DNA of 63,963 nt, filler included, from Bipalium vagum (GCA_037834085.1; 3 parts of 3 records of this genome joined end to end with filler, not necessarily neighbours in it); one strand, 5' to 3'. Shown: positions 12,501-27,054, counted from the whole stretch's first letter. Notes: generated by a model not told the origin, from the letters alone. Numbers and translations: made by a program.

Positions 12501-14799
12501 AATATTAAATTTGTAAAACACTTACCCGGAATGTTGCCTGGCCCCTGATCACCTTCTTTAGTAAAAGTAATCCTAGTTCCTTCTAACCAGCCTTTTTTAA
12601 CGAAGACAGTTAATATCTTGTCTTGAACACTTGTGGTACGACCATCTGGATTTAAAACCTGACAGAAAAGAGAAGAAAATTGTTGAAAAATGTTAATTTC
12701 AATTTAATAAAATTATTAGGTTAAAAGTCAACTACGAATTAAATGGTCAAAATCATTTTTGAAACTATAGATTTATTAATAGAAAATGAAGATACAAAAT
12801 ACATGGATGAAGAAATTGATGAAAAGTTTGAGTATAAAAATCTGAGCACTGATGATTTCCAGATTGTTATAATTGATATAAAGCAGTTTATTATTGAAAA
12901 TATTCAATTATTTGAAAATCAAAGATTTTTATGATTTTAAAAATACCTTAATAAACTCTTTAGTTTTAAATTTTGGATACAAAAAATTTGGGTTATATAT
13001 ATATATAAATTTTATAACTGACAAGTATATATACCTTTATCAAAAATGATAATTATTCTATTCTAGCGTATTCTAGTATAATTTTAAAATCTAGATTTTC
13101 CATATCCGTTTATCCTAGATTTAAAAATCTGAATTTATATAAAAATAAGTTTAAATAAACACTCAATGAAATTTTCAATTCTTTATTTTTTAAAAGTTAT
13201 TGATTTGATGTTATTTAAATTTATATATTTATTACATTTTTATTTATATTAAAAATTACTATTATAAAATTTATTAAATGTGACTTGGAAATTAGCTTGA
13301 TGTCTCTGATAAGTGGATGGCATCTGTGTTTCTTCTACCTTAGGAAATTATCATTTTAATAAAAACTAAACTATTTTACGAAATCACAAATTCAAAAAAT
13401 ATTTTAATTATGACGATGATGGATATATTATTTTCAGATTAAATATTCAAAAAATACTATTTAATTTTGAAATTCATTTTTTACTAATCGATATCTTATG
13501 AAATCATAACAATAATCTATATTGAGTAATATTGGAAAAACTATATTACAATAGTTTTCTCTCAAATACTTAAGAAGCCATGAAACTCTACTTACTAATT
13601 AATAGTAAAGTAAAAAATATATATTAATAAAATTTTAGATAAGACTTTTTCTTTGGCGATAAAAATAAGTTTTCGATGAAAAACCCATGTTGATAGATTA
13701 AAATTATTTATATATATAATAGGAAATAAGTTATCATAATAAACGAATTTTATGAGGAAGTACTGATTAACTTCACTAAACTTATTTAATGTGATTTTGA
13801 AAAATATTGAATCAAGTAATTCTTCTAATATTGTTGATTATAGGTTTTAAAATTTTTATTGATCATACTAACATTCGTTTTACTATCAAAAAATATTAAA
13901 AATTCCAAAAAAATTTAATAATCAATATGTAATTTGATGTGTTAAAAACACTTTCACTTAATTTACAATCATAAAAATATTGATTTTATTATACAATAAA
14001 TAAGGATAGAATTCAAAAAAATTGCCTAGGCTTTCTGACCATCAATATAACCTTAAAGTTACTTTACTATTAATATATCGAGAAAACCGTAAGTTTAAGA
14101 ATAAGAAATTAATAATAAATAAAGTAATGACCCTTCTTGTTATCTTCATTTTCTTTACACATCCGTGATAAACCTCTTCAAGTGTGATCATGAGATTTCT
14201 CTCAATAATCGGATCTTTCTTTATCTGACCCCGACCATACAATCCTCCAAATCCAAAATGCATGTTTCCATCGACATGGTCATAATATTCTAAATCCACT
14301 TCGTTTTCCAAACAACATCAATTTTTAATCAAACCTTGGAAAGGGTTATTGGAACTAAAGAATTCCATGAAAGTCTTTTCTGGATTACCATGATAAACAT
14401 ATCCTTCAATCATTTCATTTTCATAACCACCGGGAGACGGAATTCCCTTTTTCAAGGCTTCTACTCCAAACTGATCATAAACAGCTCTTTTTTTATTATC
14501 TGACAGAACGTCATAAGCTTCATTTATCAGATAAAACTGATCATAAGCACAATCAGAACTCGGATTTTTTTTGGGATGAGACTTAACTGCTAATTTTCGA
14601 TATCTAAAATATTAATATTAAAATTTTTCTAAACATATATTTCAAAAGAGCTTTTAAAGATCTTAGAACCACATTAAACAAGAATTCATCATATATCAGT
14701 TTAATAAATAATTAAAACGATTTCTTTTTACGCTTTATTAATATCTAGAATTGTTGCATTTTTTGGGATTTGTAAGACTTCATAATATTCTTGACTCAT
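9566..14799 (-). CDS. DNAJB13: DnaJ homolog subfamily B member 13 (radial-spoke HSP40), 6 exons
   Basis: Exons 14732-14799, 14335-14603, 14132-14289, 12526-12658, 12259-12430 and 9566-9722, all GT-AG with consistent phase. J domain [30 protein letters not shown]; [18 protein letters not shown]; [26 protein letters not shown]; [18 protein letters not shown]; IVHPNY..GEG.P..GDLII.F.I.FP. Confidence 0.92.
10200..12050 (+). mobile_element. Decayed element with Cys-rich finger and Ulp1/SENP (C48) protease domain in last DNAJB13 intron
   Basis: Broken coding sequence with LCPKC..YLCRGC, then [24 protein letters not shown] and [12 protein letters not shown], the Ulp1 motifs in the correct order. 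Confidence 0.7.
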
Positions 14800-15228
14800 T
14801 TTAATGGAATTTGAAATTGTTTTCTGCTGAATAATAGAATTAAATATTAAGGCGTTTAAACAAAGTTTTATTTAGTACGGTATTAGAAAAACAATCAACT
14901 GATAAATACTATAATCACGATAACTGGTAATAATTAGTAATAATGTAACTCTTTCATTATAACATTTATTTCAAATGATAACCAAGAAAGTTTGTACAAT
15001 TTTTGTATATAAAAATCCTCTTTGAACTTCTCAACAAGGGGAGGCGTATGACCTACGCTGGTCAATCTGAGTCTACTAAAACCTGAGAAATCATTCGGTC
15101 ATTTTTGCATAACGCCACAATTAAGCAAGAGTATTAAAAATTAAGAAATAATTTAGGAATTCAATTTATTTGTGATATGTTGTATATGATTACTTTAAAA
15201 ATTATATATAATTTTAGATTAAATTAGT

Positions 15229-16239
15229 ATGCAAGAAATGGACATTGATAAAATTGTACTCTACGGCATTATTTGAAAAACGGAGTGAAAGCTTCTGAAG
15301 TCTCTAGAAAAATATTTGACTTTAAAGGTGAAAATGCTAGGAATTGCTAGTTTTTAAAATCTTGATATTGATTTGAAAGCACTGATATGATGAATTTAGA
15401 TAAGCCGAAATCAAGAAGTGATCGGTGAATGAGTCTTGAACTCATAACAAATGCAGTTGTATCTAATCGCAAAAAATATACAAGACAATAACTACAGGAA
15501 TTAAATATCCCTACTACAAATGTGTTTCGTGGTCTAAAACTGCGGGTGGTGCGCTATCACAATCACCTACAAATACCTTATCATTTAACACCTGAATAAC
15601 AAAAAAGACGTGTAAGTATTTGTCAAACCAAGCGACACTCGTATTTGTCGAAAAAGTTGATTTATTATGTGTCCGTTGATAACAACAAGAAAGGGTGTCT
15701 GCTTGGTGAACCATTATTACCTGATGTTAATCAGTCAAAGTTCCAAAAGAAAATTCTGATTTCTGTATGATGGAATTATGAAGACATCATACACTTTGAA
15801 TTTATTTCAGAAGTCATCCGATGACATCTGAAGTTTATTGTCAACAGTTGGATCGTGTTGACGAAATAATGCAACAACTTTATCCAAAATAAATGTACAG
15901 AAAATATGTACTTTTACAATAAGATATTGCCAAGCACAGCTAAGAAGACAATGGAAAAGATAGATGAACTTGGTGGATTTGAACTAATTCATCACCCAGC
16001 ATACAGTACGGATCTTTAAATTATTTTTAAAAGGATGATGACTTAAAATCAGGATGCCAATAGTTCTTTAAGAGAGTTGAATACAGCAAGCATAAAAATA
16101 ATAGCCGAACGTGGATAAAGTGTTTTGAAAATAATAGAGCATATTTTCATGAATAATTTTTGTATTTTCATGTTTATAATTGAATTTTTTATATTACTTA
16201 TAAAATTAAAATGGCAGATTACTTATGGAACAGCTTAAT
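15229..16239 (+). mobile_element. Decayed mariner element
   Basis: Fragments KILISV*WNYEDIIHFE, MTSEVYCQQLDRV and LIHHPAYSTDL; 3' TIR-like ggcagattacttatggaacagcttaa-ta. Confidence 0.8.
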
Positions 16240-16609
16240 AAATATGATTATATAATTATTAAATGTATTATTATGTTAATTTATTAAATTTAGTGATAAA
16301 AATCTTATTTAATCCTTTAATTCTTAATTTTTCGTGGAAATTATCATTTCAAAACTTTTTTTATTATTTAAAAATTTATATTTTTATTTCATAAAACATT
16401 TCAACAAAAATAATTCCGAAATTCTTCAACTGTAAAAAATATATTTGGTATAATATTGTTTTGACACTTTTAATGTAGAGTTTGCATGAAAAGAATATTC
16501 GATATTTTGTTTTTTTTATTTGTTTAAACAAAAATATAGCCTTAAATTTCTGAAGACGTTTCCAATTTACAAAAATATTTTCAACAGATTAAACATAAAA
16601 AAACTGAAA

Positions 16610-16823
16610 TGCAGTATAGTCTGCACCTAACCACCATTAGTTTAAATAATATATATTACTACTAAAATATTTTAAAAATATTTATCACACTTATCACTCA
16701 AAGTAATTGGTTGTGTTTTAAATTTTTATTTAATTTTAATCATATAAGATAAATTTAAAGATTTAGTTTATTTAGGCATATTATTTAAACAAATTTTGGT
16801 CACTAGATGCAGACTATACTACA
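16610..16823. mobile_element. MITE-like element (~210 bp) with ~25-bp TIRs
   Basis: tgcagtatagtctgcacctaaccacc is an imperfect inverted match to ggtcactagatgcagactatactaca, around a non-coding AT-rich interior. Confidence 0.6.
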
Positions 16824-19800
16824 ATAGCTACATAAAATTACCAATTCCCTCTATATATGATAAAATGATAAAGAATTTTTTTCAAGAGTATCGTGCAAAA
16901 TTAGGTAAAAATATTTTAATTTAACCAAAATACATTAAATCATTTCATTTTTAAAATATTTATATGAAAAACAGTAAATTTCTATCTTTGACTAACTACT
17001 TTTATTTTTTTTTCATTTGGAAATTATATATATAGTTTGTGGGTTAATCCAATCTTTAGTTTAATCATAAAAAATGAGAATTAAAATTGAATACTTATTT
17101 CTCACAATACTTATAGAGTACCAAAAAATAATATATTATCTATTGAAATTCTAATAAATAATTATTGAACCATGACGATGGTTTTATTCCTTTTTACAAA
17201 TATTATATTGAAAAATTTTTTACAAATTTAATTGAAACTAAAAATAATATAATAAAAAAATTATTCGATTTTGCTAAAAAAGAATAATACAAAATTATTA
17301 TCTTTTCAATGTATTTTCTACAACTCTGATATACTTACATTTGACTTCTAGACAGACTGTATGAAATACTTTGCACTTAATCTTGATGGACTTGGTGTTA
17401 CAGTTGTATGCCTATTGTACAATAATACCATTTCAGAGAAGTATAGATCCCAAAAAGAAAGCTTTCACACACATACGTTATTAATATTAATTTGCTTATT
17501 TTCGTTATGCAGCAGTACAATTTTCTCTCTTTCCCTCTCTCTGTAATGGCAATTCCAGAAGAATTTGAGAAAATAAAATAAGTGTTGGTAAAGAAATTTA
17601 TTTCCTTATCAACGATTTGCGTATATTGCTGAATTAAAATCGCACTCATCCAGTACTCTGATTCAACTGTATCTCGAAATCAGGTATTTAAACTTATTTC
17701 CAAATAAATTAAATTATTTTCATCTTTTTCATTTAGCTTCATTTCAATCTCTCTTTTCTGTTTGGAACATTGATAATTTGTCTTTATTTGTCCCAGGATT
17801 TATCATTATATTTTATGAATACTGACAACCGTTCTGAACGACAACTGAAAGAATCTGGAAGTTCTCATCAATGAAAATGGACAATTGAATTTTTCCGAAT
17901 ATTTTGTTTAAATTCCATACAAAATGGTAAACATAATGATAGTGAATGTTGTTTATTATTTTTTTTGTTTTATTTATTTATATTTAATAATTGAACTCCT
18001 TTTTTGAAATTGCTTGTAATTTTTAGATGAAAATATTCATTAGGCTATGAACGATGAATCAGACAAAGTGATTAATTTCCATATTCACATTTATTGTATT
18101 ATTGGAAAATAAATAATATAAATAAATAGAAAAAATATTTCTAGGGCAGTGTTATATCATATCCATTTTGATAATTAGATCAAACTATTTATAATAATTA
18201 AAATATGAAATTGGCACAACTATTTGTAAATATGTCAGAATAAAATGAATTACGGCTCTGAGCGGAAATTTTTTTTCATTTTTAATAAATTTATTTTATT
18301 TTATATTATTAAGTTTGTTGGAGAAAAATATTAATCGTAAAATATGTGATATTTGTTCTGGATAGAAATTTATTTTTCCACAGAGATAGTAGATAATTGC
18401 TGTTTTTCTTTCCAAACTTTAATGAAGAATATCATTAAATTTCTGAGCCTGTTCAAACCTTAAGTGAATTTAGGAAATATTTCCAACATTATATTATTAT
18501 GAGATAGTTCCTTGGAAATCAGAATAAAAGTTTAATAGACGGTGTTCAACGAAAAATAATTTTAAAATAAAATATTATATTATATATATATAATATGAAA
18601 AATCGATTAGTAACGAGTAAATTTTTTTTCAAAAAGTCTATTGTTTTTAATTCCATGGTTACATTCTCTAATGGTATCTATTGTTTTTATTTATATTATA
18701 TTATTTTATTTTTTTATCGAGGTCCCAATGTGATACTTGTAAATTATTCATTCTCAAAATGGATATCAATTAATTGCTCTCTCATTAAATCTGTTTCCAT
18801 TGCGATGAAATTTAAGTTCTCAATGATTTTGAAATTAAAAAAATAGACTGGAAAATTATAGATTTCTGAAAAAAGATGTTATTGTTATATATTAAATGAT
18901 ATATATATATATATACATATACATTGTTTAATATCAGAGTATTATAATTATATTTATTTTTATATTGAGATTTTAAATATGTACGTAAATTTGTCATCAT
19001 TTTATTTTATATTTTTCATCATTGTTTTTCATAATATTTTTTATCATAATATAAAATATTTTTTTAATTTAAATTTTAGTTTCAAATTTGTCTTCTGGGT
19101 TCTAGACTTATTGTCTAGTAGAAAATGGAAAAATTGACAAATAATTTATTTAGTATTTTCAATCCATTTCAAAATCAAAATAATAATAATAATAATTTAA
19201 AAGTTTTCATTAATTGTACCACACATAATTTCAGAAACTTTAATGAATGAAAATAATCTGATTTCTAAATTTTTTTAAAATTAATTAATTTTCAAAAGAT
19301 GAGAAATTCAGTATGAAAATTTTTGTTTTGCATATATACGGGTTTTATTAGAGCGAGCAAGTTAATGCTAAGTCAGTTAATTAATGGTAATATTATAAAT
19401 ATAATTAAATATATAAATAAGAAACAAATGGAAAATTTCAAATATTATTCAGTATAATAATATAAATATAATCAGAAATAATTATATATTTAAAATGAAA
19501 ATTGTTATTAAAGAAAATATTCTTTATTTTTATAAAAAAAATTGATAGTTAATGAACTGCTATATATTTTTTATAAGTAACAGTTTTTTGTTCATCATTA
19601 TAATTAGAGATTTCTAAGAATAATTATTTAATATTGATTTCCATTTTTAGAATTATTATATTCACATAATATTATTAATATTGGAATTAAATAAATTAAA
19701 ATAAATTATGAAGTAAAATAATAAATTATTTATAAATAATTAATATTATATTTAGTTTTAGATAATTTTAAGTTTAAATATTGTAAAAAATATTGATTAA

Positions 19801-22800
19801 TGTTAATATTATTTTTTTTTCAAATCATTAATAATTGACTAAATTTTTATATATATATTTTTTAAAAATGAATATATTTTATATAATTAATAATGTTGAT
19901 AATTTATTTCAATTAGATAAATAATACTATATTATATAATTATTTTGTATTTTAATTATGAACTAATGTTATTTTAATAATTGACTAAAAATATGAATTA
20001 AATTTATTTTAAAATATATATTATTAATTAATAAATTGCACCAAAATAAATAAAATACGTATAGCACTTCAGTTTACGTTTTTTAAAGTTATTATATTGA
20101 ATGCAAATCTTATGTTTTTCAAAAAGGTAATCGTTTACCATTACGAAATGTAAAACAAAATCTATTTAAAAATTGTTTTAAGCATACAACCTATTATTTC
20201 TTGATCCAACAAAAATTAAATTTTGAAAAATTTCACCTAGGTTTGATCCACCCATCACCTATTTAATGATTAGTATTATGAAAATTAGAAAACTTCATTA
20301 CTAATTTCTATAAGATGCTCGAAAAACCTATTTTAATCCTTTCAATCAAATTTTCGCATGCTTGTTTCTTTTTGTCAATTTGAAAGAGATCTTATTTCTT
20401 TTTTTCAAAATCTTTCCAACATTAGATACGGAGGTGTGTAATTGATTGTTGAATTATATTCAATAAAGCAACCAATCTTTCTTTGGTATAGGTGTCACCT
20501 TGGTTCAGTAAAGATTGCAAATCGTTTTTACAATATTTTGGTGGATTGGAGCATTTTATCGATCATATCAAGACATCTTCTTTTAATCGTTAAATACATT
20601 CTAGACTATCCTTATCATACAAAACATCATTCTATGTACATCAATTATATCAATTAGTTCAAATTCAATACGAAACGTCTCTGATAAAAAATTTTTAATA
20701 ATATTGAACATTTCTTTATCGAATAAAATTAAAAACATAATTAGCCCACGGATAAGTCTTTAAAGTCTTTGGTTATTTCTACACCAACAGAACATCTCTA
20801 TGTTATTTATAGGATTTCTTTAGCTCTGAAAATGTTTTTATTATTTATTAAAAGATTAATTAAGAAGACCTAAAAATCATAGTTCAAAATAATTCAATAT
20901 GTCTGAAAAATTAAAATATTTCTTTATTCTTCTTTTATTATTAAATTTTATTAATTTGATAATACAGATTTTATTTATTTAAATTATAAATAAATTATAA
21001 ATATTTTTTTGAAAAAAAATATAAAAAATTTCAAATAATAATAATAAATAATAATAAAATTTTTTTGTTTTAAACTTTTTTTGCTTATTTCAATAATAAT
21101 TTTAACGAATTAATGAAATAAATTAAAATTCTACATTTCTTTTCTAATTAATTAGAATTTTATACTTTAATTAAGTTTATTAACATTTTAAAAAATAATT
21201 CTAAATATTTAAAAAACTGAATTTTATTAATTATGTTTTTTTATGGATTTTAATACATAGATGAACAAAACGTGATATGAATATCTAATTTTATTTTAAG
21301 AAAAGAAGAAAATAATAATCAATATTTTTATAAAAATTTTGGCTTATGGATAAAAAAAAGAAAATTAATCTTGAAATTGGATTTTAGAAAATAAAATACC
21401 AATATGCATAGAAAATAACTAAAGATAATTTTTTATATATAATGTTCTTTCAAAAAATCGATTTGAACTTTATCAATATTTATATCAAATTAAATATTAA
21501 ATAAATAATAAATTAGGCTGTTTATTTGATGAATTAATTAAATCATAATGAAAACGTTTCTTGTTATTTAAGAATATAAGATATATAATTAAATTAATAT
21601 TATTAATATCTCTATTTTATTAAGTTACACTAAGTATAGAAAGTAATTAATTAGTGATAATTATAAATTAGTAATGAAATTTACAATCGATAATCTAGAA
21701 CTAAGTAATATTTCTAAAGAGAAAAAATATTTTGTTTTATATTCTTTTTTCAATAAGATAGTATGAAACATTCTAAAGGTAATAAAGTTTAATTGCTAGA
21801 AGAGTAAGAGACAATAAAAGGTTTTATGTAAAAATATAATATAACATGGCGTGATGTTATGAATATTAATGAAATCATTGTATAATAGCAATATTAATAG
21901 CATAATAATGATAATATTAACAATAATAAATAATAAATAATAATAATAATTTTCTTATCAATTTTCAACCTGAAACAAAATTCTACATCGCAAGTGTTTC
22001 TATAAATAATACAAAAAATATTTTTAAAAATTTCTTATTTTGAATTCTTTAATATTTAAATAAAATATAATCATATTATTATTATTATATTTCAAATAAT
22101 AAATAATTTATAAAACTTTTAGGTAATTTACAAATGAATTAAGAATTTATGAATAGCCAATCCATACACTTCGATCTATTTAATAATGTGTGACAGAAAA
22201 AAGTAACCTTTGGAAAAATTAGCGATTGAGACTTAGAGTACTCTACATTAAGTGGCTTAAGAGATTATGAATAAAGTATCTTTTTAAGAATATGCTACCA
22301 GAATTTGCTTTAAAATTACTAAATATCGTTATTATTTATGATTTAATTTCAAATATACAATATTAATATTATGAATAAATTTCATAAGTCTGGGACAATT
22401 TATTTTTAATTTTTCTATTTAAATAATTATTTATTGTAATATAATTTTATATATTATAAATTATAAATAATTATAGAAATATTATATAAACAAAAACATA
22501 TAAGTAAAGATGTTTTTAAACTTTTCCATTAAGGTTGTTATTTCTTTTATTAAATATAACAAATATAGTTTACAAAATTGAGGGAAAAAATTTAAGAAAA
22601 GCATCTGAAAATAATAAATCATTGGCAGTTGGTTTCTCAGTACAATGCTAAACCCTATACATCTTTGGTTACCAGAAACAAATTACTGAGCTTTGATTTG
22701 GATGTTAACAAAATATTGGATTATTAACAAAAGTACTAGAAATATTATATTCACTGAAATATTCACATAAAATAAAGCAATCTATAATTAGTAACATTTT

Positions 22801-23728
22801 TAATAGACAACTTCGGTGAACAAATTCATTGGTATTAGTCGTTCAAAAAGTTTTGCCTGTTAAAGAATAAAAAGAAAAAATTAAACGAAGAAAAAATGAT
22901 TTTTTTAATGAAGACATAATGTACATATTTAGACAAACTATATAGAAGTTGCTTAAAACAAATTACAATAGATCATAAAAAGATGCTAATGCAAAATCCA
23001 AATCAGAATTGGATTACTTCTTTTTCTTCTGAAAGCTTATTCTTATTTTCCAAAAAAACTGTGTTTGATCGATATAAATAGTAAATCATTTCAATGATCT
23101 CGAGTAAAGAAAAAACACCTTGATCATAAAACAGATATATTCTTTGCATTGCTTATATTTTATTATTACAACTAAAATAATGAATTTATTGACTTTTTAA
23201 GAGACTAGTAAAACATTCTAAGTTTTATTTTACTCAACTTTTTGCTACCAAGCTCAGTTTTTTGCACAAGGCGATCAAGTCATATAATTTTGACACGTTT
23301 TAAATGAAACTATTTCAATATCAAATGAAAAAATACACTGTCAATTTTGTACATAAACTTTTATCGATATTATACAATGTTTTCAGTTAGATCATACATT
23401 AATATCAGTGAATTCTTTGGAGAATTTCGATCGAGGATCAATTAATTTTTATCAATCTTTTTATCTATCTTGATAATTATTGGTGTTTTTACCAATTGGG
23501 TAAAAGCATAGGACTTTTGAAAGCATATGCAGCTAATGGTGACTGACTTTAAATGAACACTTTCAGTCCATTTTGGATGAGAGGTCGTTGTATTAAATCT
23601 TTATATAAAATATATATTTAAAAACTGCAACTCCTTATCTTAATATTTCCAATTAAACCATTGATTGTATTCCGTATTTTGTATTAAGGTTGAGCTATAC
23701 TTGTACATCTAAAAGCTTGACAACATAC

Positions 23729-24600
23729 AGGGTGTCCCAAAACTTATTGGAAATATATTGTATGATAAAAATTCATATTTTAAATATCATGAAATATTTT
23801 TGATGAACAACTAGTAAATCATTCTGTTTTATTTTATTCAAGTTGTTTGCGACCAATGTATGTATTTTTGACAAGGTGATCAATAAAAGCAGTCATAGCA
23901 TTTTGACACATTATAATGCGTATTATAATTCAAACATTCCTGAATAAATATTGTTTCTAATTGCTGTGGATTCCTTGGCTGGTGTATATAAACATTATTC
24001 TCTAAATACCACTAAAGAAAAATAGCCTATTGGAGTTAAATCAGGAAATTTTGCTGGCAAAAAGAGTGTGCCACCGCGAGCAATTCATGTTTGTTAAAGT
24101 TTTGATTTATAAAATCTCTCAAACAAATCGGGAACTGTATTGCTGCACCATCTTGTTGAAAATAAGAACGAAATTTGAGATGTAAAAAGATTTTCATTCT
24201 TTCTATTAATTTTTTTTATTTATTTTAAAAATTTTCATGGATACTGTTATCAAATTAGTAAATAAAATTATACAACGAAATATTAGACAAATCTCAATTA
24301 TGATTTATAATAATTTTAATAAATAAAATGTATTTATATTTAATAAAAATTATGTATTATAATTAGAATATGTTCCTCAAATCCAGTTTTCATCAATAGT
24401 TTTATAACACGTCCTACAGGAAATAATCAATTTGGAGATATTTTTCTGTTTGATTTTTCCATTAAAGAAGCAATTTTATTTCCTTGAAATTATTGAAAAC
24501 GTTCTAACATAAAAGAACAAATATTTGTTTGTTGATTCTCGAGTGCAATTTTTTAACTATTTATACTATTTTTAAGAAAAAATTCATATATTTTTCCGAG
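23729..24600 (-). mobile_element. DD41D/rosa-like transposase remnant
   Basis: TIR-like ta-cagggtgtcccaaaac at 23727; minus-strand YFQQDGA and LPAKFPDLTPIGYF. Confidence 0.7.
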
Positions 24601-24771
24601 TAAAATTAAAATTAAATGACATGCTGAATTGGCAAAAAATTTTAAAAATAATTAATTATTATTATTACTCAATATTTATAATTTATCATTGAAATCAATC
24701 TGGAAAGGTTGGATTCTTTGCAAGAATGAGCTCTTTTGAAATTTGAGAAAAAATTATATTAATTATAAATA

Positions 24772-24952
24772 CAAGGTTCGGTCAATAAGTAATGCACAAT
24801 ATTTAATAACACTTTTTATTAACAACATACAAAAATTAAACTTGGTACATCTAAACTCCACATATATGTCTATGGTTTAGGATCATTCAATATATCCACC
24901 TTCCATCTGTACGCACCTGGTCCAGCGTTCTTTCCAACTCGCAAAAGCAGTT
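24772..24952 (-). mobile_element. 3' end of a mariner element, cut by assembly gap
   Basis: TIR-like ta-caaggttcggtcaataagtaatg; minus strand AFASWKERWTRCVQMEGGYIE*. Confidence 0.8.
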
Positions 24953-25052
24953 NNNNNNNNNNNNNNNNNNNNNNNNNNNNNNNNNNNNNNNNNNNNTTAA
25001 TTAATTAANNNNNNNNNNNNNNNNNNNNNNNNNNNNNNNNNNNNNNNNNNNN
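24953..25052. other. Assembly gap with artificial six-frame-stop linker
   Basis: 44 N + TTAATTAATTAA + 44 N = exactly 100 bp. Confidence 0.95.
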
Positions 25053-25838
25053 TTGTTTTCCGTGCTGTTCATTTTTAAAAATGGTTTATTAATTAAACAA
25101 ATTAAAACAACTTGTAGTTTATTAAATAACAATATTATTAATAATTAAAAATAAATAATCATTAAAATATAAAAATAAAATTATAATAATAACAATAATA
25201 ATAAATAAACAAAAAAAATTGTAATGCAAATAATCACAAATATTAGAAAAACTATTGGCTGTATAAAAGAGGAAAGATTTTTATATCAGCTGAAATAAAA
25301 TTTAACTTAGAGCATCAGTGAAAAGAAAAAGGTTAATTGTTATTGAGTTTAAATTTAAAATCGAGTGTGATCGTGGTTTTATATTAAGTGTGAAAAAATG
25401 GTCCAGTTACTTGAGTATGTCTCTTATTTTGTTGAAAGAAGTTTGAGTATCATCAAGCTCGTCCAACAACAAACCTTCTGTGTTGACCTAGAAACCCGAT
25501 ATTTTCTGAATTGGTGATAGCGCTGGTTGTCCTTATTTTTATTTGTTAATATTATAATCAATATTTTTCTTTATTAATTTTAATATTTTTATTGACACTA
25601 ATTTTGTCGTGGTTGTATTAATTGAATAATTAAGTTTATTATCTCATTGTTCGTTGGGTCATTGTGAACCTACCCGTGATTATGTGAATGAATCAAATAT
25701 CAAAGTTTGGTTAATATAAGATATGAAAATATTTCAAAATATTTATAAAAATAATGGGGAAACCCAACATTGATAAATGTGAAAGGCAAATTTTTTAAAA
25801 TCAATTTTGTTTTTACTTTTAATGACAGACTAAAAATA

Positions 25839-26200
25839 CAGGGTTTTATTAAGCGTTTTGAATTTTGGAGCTATGAAAAATTAAAAAATATGAAGTAAAT
25901 TAATGTACTAAATAGTATAAGAACTACACATGTACCATTTTGGTCACCATAAAAATGAGATAAACCTTTTCACTCATATTCAATTTTTACACTATTAACG
26001 GAGTTCTGCAGTGATTGAAGCAATGAAAATCTAACAATGTACTACCAGGGCTATTAGGAGAATGCAACAGAACTTCCAATCAAGTTTTCTCAATTTTTGC
26101 TGTGTCATCAATGCAAAGTTCGGTCTGTTGAAAAACAAAGCCTTCTCTATTGATTCTGGACATCTTTTGTCAATTTTCCCAACTTTATTCTTGTTCATTG
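25839..26200 (-). mobile_element. Decayed mariner 3' remnant
   Basis: TIR-like ta-cagggttttattaagcg; minus strand INREGFVFQQ..LMTQQKLRKLDW-EVLLHSPNSP. Confidence 0.65.
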
Positions 26201-27054
26201 TTGACAGTGGGGAACAGAATCAACTTATTCTCATAATTCGAGTAGGTGGTCAAGGTACACGATTCCTGTGTAAAATAGGCGAATCCATTTTAGTTTAAAG
26301 ATGTTACTTTGCGAAAGTTTTGGGATAGTATTAATATTTAATATTTAATATATATTTTAAAGAAATAGTGAATCATTTTCATTACTATTCTACTCAGGTT
26401 TTCACTTAGCACTTATAGTACTTATAAACTGAGAGCGACTGCAAGTTGATTAACCACAATTGAGAACAATTTATGTGTAATTAATTTTATTGATTTATGT
26501 AAGAAGATATTGTGTAAGATGATAAGAATTGAGTGTATTTAACCGAAGAATTGTGTTAAAGCCAGGACTGGGTTAAGGTTTTACGAGATAAGTGAAACTT
26601 GAGTAGAAGCATAGACAGCCTTGAGTTGAAACCAACACAAGTTGGTTTAATTAATTATAATTTGTTTTAATGACCTATGCGATTTATTATTTTCTTCAAA
26701 ATTCATCTTTTTTCATCGATATTCTTTTAGATAATTAATTATTTAATAATTTATGTATTAATTAATAAATTAGTTAATTAATTATATTTAATTTTTTATA
26801 CAATTTCAATTCAAAGTTGGGTCACAACGGTTATTAGTAAGTGCGGCTTAGCCTTGTTTAATAAAATTTAAAATATCTATTATTATTATTAAAAAAACCA
26901 TCATAGGGATATTATTTTTAATTAATTAATTAATTTTTAAAAATACGTATAACCATTTTTAGTTGAAAAAAATTAATAATATAAAACATTTTTATGAAAA
27001 ATAAAAAAATGCAATTGCATAAATTATGAAAATATATAAAATAAAATGTAGTAC

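Noticed and set aside
14850-14990. Possible FOXJ1/RFX sites upstream of DNAJB13 (TAAACAAA)
   Set aside because: Short AT-rich motif expected by chance, and no convincing X-box.
18595-19000. Short F/I/K/N/Y-rich ORFs here and at 37947, 39036, 40455 and 51770
   Set aside because: Compositional ORFs of AT-rich DNA, or intron read-through of real exons.
20230-23700. Faint transposase or integrase-like words (NAPIH, YTPPY, LAAYAF) on the minus strand
   Set aside because: Too degraded to assign a family or boundaries.
24997-25008. TTAATTAATTAA palindrome repeated at 48182-48193
   Set aside because: Centred in exact 100-bp N gaps, so an assembly linker rather than biology.
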